From: Pseudodesulfovibrio piezophilus C1TLV30
GTDB lineage: Bacteria; Desulfobacterota; Desulfovibrionia; Desulfovibrionales; Desulfovibrionaceae
DNA length: 32,000 nt
NCBI RefSeq assembly: GCF_000341895.1
Contig: NC_020409.1
Span: 3,542,411 to 3,574,410, forward strand
Direction: 5' to 3'
Both the position numbers and the translations under genes were made by a program. The notes beneath the pieces were generated by a model. The model saw nothing but the letters and a program-made list of their open reading frames with translations. It did no database searches and was not told the DNA's origin. Below, piece by piece: positions 26,273 to 32,000 of this stretch (position 1 is its first letter; every line of letters begins with the position of its first letter).

Positions 26273-26680
26273 TCAGGCGTGATTTCCGCAGTGTCCTTCG
26301 CCGTGGTCTGTGCCACCGCCGCAGGTGTGCTCCGGAGAGAATTTGGGCAAACTTTCATGCATGAAAGCCTGAACTGCTGCATTTACCGTTGGGGCGCCAT
26401 TGCCGTGAAAGACGTCAATGCCGACCTGATTGAATCCTTGAAGCGGGCGAAAACCCATGCCGCCCGAGATGAGAGCCTTGACGTTATTGGAGGCGAGATG
26501 GTTCACCGGGGCCATGCAGCCTCCTGATTCATGGGGGACATTGGGGAGAGTCGAGACATCTTTTATTTCTCCATTTTCAATGGCGACCAGCGTGTACAAG
26601 GCACAATGGCCAAAGTGGGCATCGACTGCGGCATCAAGGCCACCGGGGGTAGCCGAGGGGACGGCGATAAGCGTATTCAT
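26273..26680 (-). CDS. NifX/NifB-C-terminal-like (Nitro_FeMo-Co, MTH1175/orange-protein-like) small protein with Cys/His-rich tail
   Basis: IAVPSA...LDAAVDAHFGHCALYTLVAIENGEI...VKALISGGMGFRPLQGFNQVGIDVF fits the FeMo-cofactor-binding-domain family. The tail reads HTCGGGTDHGEGHCGNHA. Confidence 0.75.
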   Translation of the reverse strand: MNTLIAVPSATPGGLDAAVDAHFGHCALYTLVAIENGEIKDVSTLPNVPHESGGCMAPVNHLASNNVKALISGGMGFRPLQGFNQVGIDVFHGNGAPTVNAAVQAFMHESLPKFSPEHTCGGGTDHGEGHCGNHA

Positions 26681-26701
26681 GACAGTACTCCTAGGTTTTG
26701 G

Positions 26702-27574
26702 TTATTCGTAAAGCAGGTTGAGCATGTTGCCCCAGGCGGTCTCCAGCAGATGGCAGGCCGCGCTGTTTCCTGTTTCGGTCAGTGTTTTTTTCTGAACCAT
26801 GGCTTCAGTGACTGTGTGGTCATGGGGAAAACGGCATAGTATGGGATAGCCATGATTGTTGCAGAATGTCTCAATAGCCATGGATTGTTCCGGGTTGAGG
26901 TCGAATTTATTGATAAGCACGGTTGTTTTTGTCTTGAATCGCGCACAGAGTTCCGCGACTCGTTTCAGGTCGTGCAGCCCTGATTGAGTCGGCTCTGTCA
27001 CGATGACAGCCAAATTGGTTCCTGCCAGGGAGCTGATGACAGGGCAGCCGATGCCCGGAGCGCCATCGCTGAGGACGAGGTCAAGGCCTTCTGTCGCGGC
27101 GATTTCCCTGGCATGCTGTTTGAGCAGTGTTACCAGCCTACCTGAGTTTTCTTCACCCGGAAAAAGTTGGGCGTGGATCATGGAACCGAAGCGGGTTCGT
27201 GATTCGTACCATGTGCCACAATGTTTGACTGGGAAAGCAATGGCATTTGCCGGACAGAAAGTGACACAGACCTTGCATCCTTCACAGCGAAGCGGATCGA
27301 CTCTATATCCGTTTTCAGTCTGTTCAATGGCATTGAATCGGCACATGGATTGGCAGGTTCCGCAGGACTCGCAAGAAAACGCATCAATGACGGCTTCATT
27401 GCCGGAATGAAATTCTTCGCTTTTATCAATCATTGGGGAAAGTAGCAGGTGCAGGTCTGGAGCATCCACATCCAGGTCACACAGAATCGCATTACGGGCC
27501 AACCCTGCGAATGCTCCGGTGATGGAGGTCTTGCCAGCCCCTCCCTTGCCGCTGATGACCACAACTTCATGCAT
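26702..27574 (-). CDS. MinD/ParA-superfamily P-loop ATPase with inserted 2x[4Fe-4S] ferredoxin domain (COG1149 type)
   Basis: Deviant Walker A ISGKGGAGKTS. Inserts CESCGTCQSMC and CEGCKVCVTFCP. Walker B LVLSDGAPG. The start overlaps the upstream stop (ATGCATGA). Confidence 0.85.
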   Translation of the reverse strand: MHEVVVISGKGGAGKTSITGAFAGLARNAILCDLDVDAPDLHLLLSPMIDKSEEFHSGNEAVIDAFSCESCGTCQSMCRFNAIEQTENGYRVDPLRCEGCKVCVTFCPANAIAFPVKHCGTWYESRTRFGSMIHAQLFPGEENSGRLVTLLKQHAREIAATEGLDLVLSDGAPGIGCPVISSLAGTNLAVIVTEPTQSGLHDLKRVAELCARFKTKTTVLINKFDLNPEQSMAIETFCNNHGYPILCRFPHDHTVTEAMVQKKTLTETGNSAACHLLETAWGNMLNLLYE

Positions 27575-28424
27575 GTTTCACCTCGATGGCAGCCTGTTTC
27601 ATCTGGCGGATTAGATCCCGAAAGGTCGGCTCCAGGGCCGTGACGCTCGTCACCGGGACTTCTCCGCGTGAATACGCTTCGGCAATGTCTCGGTTGTAGG
27701 GGATTTCTGCCCAAATCGGGATATTCTTTTCCAGGCAAAATGTTTGGACTTGTCTGTCTCCGATCCCGGATCTATTGATCACTGCGCCTATGGGCTTCTC
27801 CAAAGGAGAGAATGCTTCCCAGGCGAGCTTGAAATCATGGAAGCCGAAGGGCGTCGGTTCAGTCACTAGTACTATGCAATCGGCATTCATGACCGCACTG
27901 ACAGCGGGGCAGCTGACACCGGGAGGAGAGTCGATCAGAATATCCCGTTCGTCAGAAATATCTATCCCTGACATGACTTTGCGCATGAGTGGAGGACTCA
28001 TGGCTTCCCCTATTCTGAGGCGACCCATGACGAAATCCGAGTGTTCTGTTTTTCCACTTATGATCTCACCCAGTTCCCTGCGGCCAGGTGTCAGGGCATT
28101 TTCCGGGCATATAGCCAGACATCCACCGCACCCGTGACACATCTCCGGAAAAATGAGCAAGGTTCCCGCCATGACGGTAATCGCCTTGAATTGACACAGG
28201 TCAGCGCAAGAACGGCATCCAGTGCATTTGTCGTCATCTGCCTCTGGGACCTCAATGTAAGCTGATGCCGTCTGGAGTTCTCGCGGTTTGAGAAACAGGT
28301 GGAGATTCGGCTCTTCTACATCAAGGTCCACCGTGGTGAGAGGACTCTCCCAAAGGGTCGCAAGGGAGGCGGTCATGGTTGTCTTTCCGGTGCCTCCCTT
28401 GCCGCTGGCTATGGCGTAGATCAC
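27567..28424 (-). CDS. MinD/ParA-superfamily P-loop ATPase with inserted 2x[4Fe-4S] ferredoxin domain (COG1149 type), paralogue
   Basis: GTG start overlapping the upstream stop (GTGA). Walker A ASGKGGTGKTT. Inserts CTGCRSCADLC and CHGCGGCLAICP. Walker B ILIDSPPG. Confidence 0.85.
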   Translation of the reverse strand: MIYAIASGKGGTGKTTMTASLATLWESPLTTVDLDVEEPNLHLFLKPRELQTASAYIEVPEADDDKCTGCRSCADLCQFKAITVMAGTLLIFPEMCHGCGGCLAICPENALTPGRRELGEIISGKTEHSDFVMGRLRIGEAMSPPLMRKVMSGIDISDERDILIDSPPGVSCPAVSAVMNADCIVLVTEPTPFGFHDFKLAWEAFSPLEKPIGAVINRSGIGDRQVQTFCLEKNIPIWAEIPYNRDIAEAYSRGEVPVTSVTALEPTFRDLIRQMKQAAIEVKHA

Positions 28425-29290
28425 TTGTTCGCGCCCTCTCGTCCGTTTGGTTCACTTGCCATATTCACTTCTCCTGCCATGAACTTGTCCACAGCTTGAC
28501 GTACGGTCATGTTTTCAACGTCTTGTCCGACATGGATGCCTGCAGCTGAAAGGGCTGCAAACGCTTTGGGACCGACATACCCGGTCAGAACTGCATCGGC
28601 ATTGGAGTTGGCGACACTTTCCGCAGCCTGGATGCCTGCCCCTTGATTCATGACTTGGGATGCACCATTATCCATATAAGTACTTTCCATGGTTGAGAGG
28701 TCGACGATTACAAACCCTCCGGCCCGCCCAAAGCGGGGATCGACCTGGTCATCAAGGCTCGGTCCTTCACTGGAGACTGCAACCGTCTTAATGGGGCCAT
28801 TTGGAGTTCCTTGTGTGAAACCGGAGCCAGGAGTTCTGTTGCGTTGGCGATTGCCTTGTCCCATGCCTTGCCCTTGTCCCTGCCCCATGCCTTGTCCGGC
28901 ATTACGGCATTGTCCTTGCCCGGCACCTCTTCCCTGTCCTCGTCCCATTCCTTGTCCGGCACCCATGGCACCGCCTCTGTTTCTTCCTCGCATTATTGCA
29001 TCTCCTTGTGTCGAGAGTTGCTCCCGCTCATCGTTGGCAAGCATGTAGGCTCCACCATCGATTTCAATGGCCCAGCCATTGGTCAGAGCCATGGCTACAT
29101 CATTTCTGGCCTTGGACAGGATGCGACTCAGAGTGGGGCGGGAGACACCCATTTGGTCCGCAGCCTCCTGTTGCATGAGGCCACCGCCATCAACCAACCG
29201 AATTGCTTCAAATCCCTCCAGAGAGAGAGGCTGGCGCGTCAGTTCTTTCAAAGGAATACCCTGTGGTTTGAAGAAAACCGCGTCTGGCAT
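28421..29290 (-). CDS. Fusion protein: N-terminal DUF134-type predicted HTH domain, Gly/Gln/Met/Arg low-complexity linker, C-terminal NifX/NifB-like (Nitro_FeMo-Co) domain
   Basis: FKPQGIPL...LSLEGFEAIRLVDGGGLMQQEAADQMGVSRPTLSRILSKAR is the DUF134 pattern (sigma-70 region-4-like HTH). aa 101-152 are GQGMGRGQG-type repeats. The C-terminus reads IKTVAVSSEG...VDPRFGRAGGFVIVDL...ADAVLTGYVGPKAFAALSAAGIHV. Confidence 0.8.
   Translation of the reverse strand: MPDAVFFKPQGIPLKELTRQPLSLEGFEAIRLVDGGGLMQQEAADQMGVSRPTLSRILSKARNDVAMALTNGWAIEIDGGAYMLANDEREQLSTQGDAIMRGRNRGGAMGAGQGMGRGQGRGAGQGQCRNAGQGMGQGQGQGMGQGNRQRNRTPGSGFTQGTPNGPIKTVAVSSEGPSLDDQVDPRFGRAGGFVIVDLSTMESTYMDNGASQVMNQGAGIQAAESVANSNADAVLTGYVGPKAFAALSAAGIHVGQDVENMTVRQAVDKFMAGEVNMASEPNGREGANK
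28835..28990 (-). repeat. Coding low-complexity tract (imperfect tandem CCTTGTCC/CATGCC units on the plus strand) encoding the G/Q/M/R-rich linker
   Basis: The translation is RGRNRGGAMGAGQGMGRGQGRGAGQGQCRNAGQGMGQGQGQGMGQGNRQRNR. The repeated nucleotide units are visible at 28850-28975. Confidence 0.8.
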
Positions 29291-29359
29291 TCCCTGGACA
29301 AACCGTTTCTTTTTTTTCGTCCCATTTTTCCCTCATTCTTATGAACACATGCACATATG

Positions 29360-29387
29360 ACGATATTCTCAGTGAAAGCAAAGTCAA
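29360..29387 (-). promoter_or_regulatory. Candidate sigma70 promoter of the DUF134::NifX operon
   Basis: Minus strand reads TTGACT (29387-29382), a 16-nt spacer, then TATCGT (29365-29360), about 70 nt upstream of ATG 29290. Identified by eye only. Confidence 0.35.
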
Positions 29388-29395
29388 GCTTAAAA

Positions 29396-29409
29396 TGAAC
29401 ATATGTTCA
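29396..29409. promoter_or_regulatory. Perfect 14-bp palindrome TGAACATATGTTCA (candidate operator), with an 11/14 degenerate copy at 29342-29355
   Basis: Read directly from the sequence. It lies in the AT-rich 312-nt divergent region between the DUF134::NifX operon and hypD, 8 nt upstream of the candidate -35. The degenerate copy TGAACACATGCACA overlaps the predicted transcription start. Confidence 0.5.
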
Positions 29410-29602
29410 AAATAATTGTGTGTGTAATTTTTAATATTCTGTTATTATTAACTAATTTTTAGTTGCCTAAAATACACTGTCTTTCGACGTTCGTGCTTGT
29501 GTGTCTTTTGTTATTCCTTCTGCGTAGGGAGAGGCCTCTCTTTTCCATTGTCATCAGAATCCGGTTTTTGTTTGCTCACCGTGTTCAATCGGTATATGGA
29601 AG

Positions 29603-30748
29603 GTGCTGATCTTTTGGGATTATGGGTATTCACTTGAAGATGAGGGGTTTGATTTGAGCTTTGAATTATTGGAGAAGTTTCGCGACCCGGAACTCTGTCG
29701 CAAGATACTCGATAAAATGCAGGCTGAATTAGGAAGAGAACTTCGGTTCATGGAAGTTTGTGGCACGCATACAGTTGCCATCTTTCAGAGTGGACTTCGT
29801 TCCTTATTGCCGGAGAAAATTGTTCACTTGAGTGGACCGGGGTGTCCCGTCTGTGTGACTCACGAATCCGAGGTGAATGCTTTTCTGGATTTGGCTGAAA
29901 AGGAAACCGTTATTCTGGCAACCTTCGGGGATCTGATGCGAGTGCCAGGTGATAAAGGGCGGAATCTGAAAAAGGCGACGGCTGATGGTGCGCGTGTCAA
30001 AGTGGTGTATTCCCCTTTTGATACATTGAAACTCGCAAAAGATAATCCTGATGAGTTGGTCGTTTTCATCGGTGTCGGATTTGAAACGACTGCCCCGACT
30101 ATCGCAGCAACCATGAAGATGGCTCGGGAGCAGGGGATTACCAATCTTCGAGTGCTTTGTTTCCACAAAACTGTGCCTTCCGCGCTGGAGGCTCTGTTGA
30201 CAGATGCCCTGACCAGTATCGACGGGTTTATTTTGCCAGGGCATGTTTCCGCCATAATAGGATTGGAGCCATACCGTTTTATCGCTGAAAAGTATGGAAA
30301 GTCGGCGATTGTCACTGGGTTTGAACCCCTTGATATCCTGCAATCCCTGACCCAGATGATTGATTGGCGAAACCGGGGCGAATCGCATGTGACCAATAAC
30401 TATACACGTATTGTCAGTGATACAGGGAATACCAAAGCGCTCGAAATCATGTACGAAGTCTTTGAGCCGACCGATGCTTTGTGGCGTGGAATCGGGAATA
30501 TCGCGGGATCCGGTCTCGAAATTCGTCAGGAATGGGAACTCTTTGATGCCAAGAAAGAATTTGGAATTGTCATCAAGGAAGGTCCGGCCTTGGCCGGATG
30601 CAAGTGTGGGGACATCCTCAAGGGTATCAAACAACCTGATGAATGTCCGCTCTTCAAAAAAGCGTGTACTCCCGCCAATCCTGTCGGACCGTGCATGGTC
30701 TCAACAGAAGGCAGTTGTGCAGCCTATTACAAATACAAAGTGGATTAG
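29603..30748 (+). CDS. hypD: [NiFe]-hydrogenase maturation protein HypD
   Basis: FRDPEL, MEVCGTHT, GPGCPVCVT, FGDLMRVPG, GFETTAP, PGHVS and the C-terminal CTPANPVGPCMVSTEGSCAAYY are present. A likelier start is TTG 29654 (GAGGGG 6 nt upstream) than GTG 29603. Confidence 0.9.
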   Translation: MLIFWDYGYSLEDEGFDLSFELLEKFRDPELCRKILDKMQAELGRELRFMEVCGTHTVAIFQSGLRSLLPEKIVHLSGPGCPVCVTHESEVNAFLDLAEKETVILATFGDLMRVPGDKGRNLKKATADGARVKVVYSPFDTLKLAKDNPDELVVFIGVGFETTAPTIAATMKMAREQGITNLRVLCFHKTVPSALEALLTDALTSIDGFILPGHVSAIIGLEPYRFIAEKYGKSAIVTGFEPLDILQSLTQMIDWRNRGESHVTNNYTRIVSDTGNTKALEIMYEVFEPTDALWRGIGNIAGSGLEIRQEWELFDAKKEFGIVIKEGPALAGCKCGDILKGIKQPDECPLFKKACTPANPVGPCMVSTEGSCAAYYKYKVD

Positions 30749-30750
30749 AA

Positions 30751-31755
30751 ATGAGTGACAAGGTTCTCCTCGATTACGGCAGCGGCGGGCGTGCTTCTCA
30801 GCGTCTCATTTCGGAACTTTTTCTCAAGCATCTTGGCAATGATGAGTTGAATCGGCTGAATGATGCCGCTGAATTAACCCTTTCCGGCAAAGTTGCCATG
30901 TCCACGGATTCATTCGTTGTGGACCCAATTTTTTTCCCGGGTGGCAATATCGGTTCCTTAGCAGTTCATGGAACTGTGAATGATGTCGCCATGATGGGAG
31001 CTATCCCTCGGCACATTACCTGTGCATATATTTTGGAAGAAGGTTTACCCATGGATGATCTGGAAAAGATCGTCACAAGCATGGGGCAGGCAGCGCGTGA
31101 AGCTGGGGTTACGGTAGTCAGTGGCGATACAAAGGTCGTTCCGAAGGGAGCGGTTGACAAAATATTTATCAATACCACTGGAATTGGTGATATTATCGTG
31201 GATCCAGTTCCAAGTGGGGATGCTGCGCAAGTCGGTGACGCAGTCCTGCTTTCCGGGACGCTTGGAGATCATGGTTTAACAATCCTTGGTACTCGCGAAG
31301 GCTTGGATTTTGAGGCCAAAGTGGAGTCAGATTGCGCATCCTTAAACCATCTTCTTGTCAAGTTGGTCCGCGAACTACCGGAAGTTCATGTCCTGCGTGA
31401 TCCGACGCGGGGAGGGTTAGCGACCACGATGAACGAAATCACCCTCAGCTCCAATGTTTGTTGTGAACTTGTCGAGAAGGAGTTACCAATCCGGGCCGAG
31501 GTTCAGGGGGGGTGTTCCATTCTCGGACTTGATCCTTTGTACCTGGCCAATGAAGGCAAATTCCTTTGCATCCTGCCTCAGGCTCATGCGGAAAAGGCTC
31601 TGGAAATCATGCGCGCTGATCCCCTTGGGCACGGTGCATGCCAGATTGGTTCGATTACAGATGCCAATCCCGGCAAAGTTGTTTTGATTACCAAACTCGG
31701 CGGCAAGCGGTTGTTGAACATGCTCGAAGGTGAACAGTTGCCTCGGATTTGTTAG
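30751..31755 (+). CDS. hypE: [NiFe]-hydrogenase maturation protein HypE (carbamoyl dehydratase)
   Basis: ATG 30751 lies 2 nt after the hypD stop. DYGSGG, TDSFVV, AVHGTVNDVAMMGA and DPTRGGLA are present, along with the C-terminal PRIC carrying the thiocyanate-forming Cys. The longer ORF from 30643 overlaps hypD and is rejected. Confidence 0.95.
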   Translation: MSDKVLLDYGSGGRASQRLISELFLKHLGNDELNRLNDAAELTLSGKVAMSTDSFVVDPIFFPGGNIGSLAVHGTVNDVAMMGAIPRHITCAYILEEGLPMDDLEKIVTSMGQAAREAGVTVVSGDTKVVPKGAVDKIFINTTGIGDIIVDPVPSGDAAQVGDAVLLSGTLGDHGLTILGTREGLDFEAKVESDCASLNHLLVKLVRELPEVHVLRDPTRGGLATTMNEITLSSNVCCELVEKELPIRAEVQGGCSILGLDPLYLANEGKFLCILPQAHAEKALEIMRADPLGHGACQIGSITDANPGKVVLITKLGGKRLLNMLEGEQLPRIC

Positions 31756-31793
31756 GATGGAGCATCTTGACGACGGTTATTGTCTGCATTTTC

Positions 31794-31840
31794 AATACAA
31801 GAAGGCCCCGGAGAGTCGATCTCCGGGGCCTTCTTGTATT
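31794..31840. terminator. Perfect 21-bp stem / 5-nt loop hairpin between convergent hypE and the downstream minus-strand gene
   Basis: AATACAAGAAGGCCCCGGAGA-gtcga-TCTCCGGGGCCTTCTTGTATT. Neither side has a strong U-tract, so it may act as a bidirectional terminator or RNA-stability element. Confidence 0.7.
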
Positions 31841-31858
31841 CAATCCAGTGAATGAGGA

Positions 31859-32000
31859 TCAGCGAGTTCCCAGTCGTTCCGCCTGTTCTCTTTCTACAAT
31901 GAGTGCCGCTGCGCGGCGGGCAAGCTGTGTGATTTCCGGTTTGGAAATCTGATCATCAGCGCCAACCGTCAAGCCCCGGTGACGAAGTTTTTCGGTTATC
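31859..32000 (-). CDS. 3' end of a gene ending in a receiver (REC) domain (5' end outside window)
   Basis: The frame is open from the window edge to TGA (31861-31859). It translates as ...ITEKLRHRGLTVGADDQISKPEITQLARRAAALIVEREQAERLGTR. GADD-x-ISKP is the receiver beta5 / conserved-Lys motif. It is absent from the ORF track because it has no in-window start. Confidence 0.45.
   Translation of the reverse strand, partial: ITEKLRHRGLTVGADDQISKPEITQLARRAAALIVEREQAERLGTR

Noticed and set aside
28835-28990. Short tandem nucleotide repeats (CCTTGTCC / CATGCC units) that could suggest a CRISPR or satellite array
   Set aside because: The units are 6-12 nt, imperfect and have no spacers. They lie in-frame inside a CDS and simply encode the GQGM low-complexity linker.
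26273-29290. NifX/NifB-like domains as evidence of a nitrogenase (nif) cluster
   Set aside because: No nifHDK, nifEN or radical-SAM NifB domain is present. The domain also occurs in non-diazotrophic anaerobes (orange-protein/MTH1175 family).
29396-29409. Interpreting TGAACATATGTTCA as a LexA (GAAC-N4-GTTC) SOS box, or as a Rex/CRP-FNR site
   Set aside because: The flanking genes are not DNA-damage genes, and I do not know the LexA motif for this lineage. The half-sites differ from the Rex (GTGAA) and CRP/FNR (TGTGA/TTGAT) consensus. It is kept only as an unassigned operator candidate.
29291-29460. Search for a sigma54 (-24 TGGCAC / -12 TTGC) promoter upstream of the orp-like operon, as reported for D. 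vulgaris orp
   Set aside because: The only TTGC-containing stretch (gacTTTGCTTTc) has TAAGCT where GG/TGGCAC is required. No convincing -24/-12 element was found by eye, though a matrix scan would be needed for certainty.
29341-29602. Looked for a small hypC gene (MCL[AG][IV]P... about 80 aa) upstream of hypD
   Set aside because: The only ORF there is about 24 codons (MNTCTYDDILSESK...) with no HypC N-terminal motif and no SD. hypC, hypA, hypB and hypF are simply not in this window.
1-32000. Scan for defence systems, toxin-antitoxin pairs, prophage or integrative elements, and compositional islands
   Set aside because: No nuclease/helicase/methylase defence-type gene pairs, integrases, transposases or flanking direct repeats were found. 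No abrupt compositional shift was seen apart from the short AT-rich promoter region at about 29340-29480. The window looks like core chromosome.

Overview
The window is a gene-dense chromosomal segment with about 35 protein genes, moderate GC by eye (not computed) and tight operons. I saw no rRNA, tRNA, CRISPR array, transposase, integrase or phage genes. Gene content points to an anaerobic sulfate-reducer-like deltaproteobacterium (Desulfovibrionales style): a cytoplasmic plus an exported CbiK cobaltochelatase, an orp-like NifX/MinD-ferredoxin cluster, and hypDE. Left to right: HDOD fragment, recJ (+). A long minus-strand array follows: lipA, lipB, an Rsm22-like methyltransferase, a COG3894 RACo/RamA-like Fe-S ASKHA protein, cbiK, cbiL, a BtuFDC-type ABC importer and an exported cbiK. 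That array sits behind a clear cobalamin riboswitch with its own terminator. Next is a minus-strand three-gene chemotaxis-like module: CheY, an Hpt::STAS fusion, and a CheA core lacking a phosphorylatable P1 domain. A plus-strand housekeeping block follows: trmH, tsaC, a REC-REC histidine kinase, NUDIX, pdxA, gmhB. A second long minus-strand array runs DUF134::NifX fusion, two MinD-type ATPases with ferredoxin inserts, a NifX-like protein, an HD protein, ddl, waaA, kdsB, carA, a TPR protein and a 37-aa ORF. Last are hypD and hypE (+) and the 3' end of a convergent response-regulator gene. The most unusual items are the split CheA with Hpt fused to STAS, and the orp-like operon led by an HTH::NifX fusion. 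That operon has a perfect 14-bp palindrome in the AT-rich region it shares with hypDE. All domain calls come from motif recognition by eye. No database search was run.
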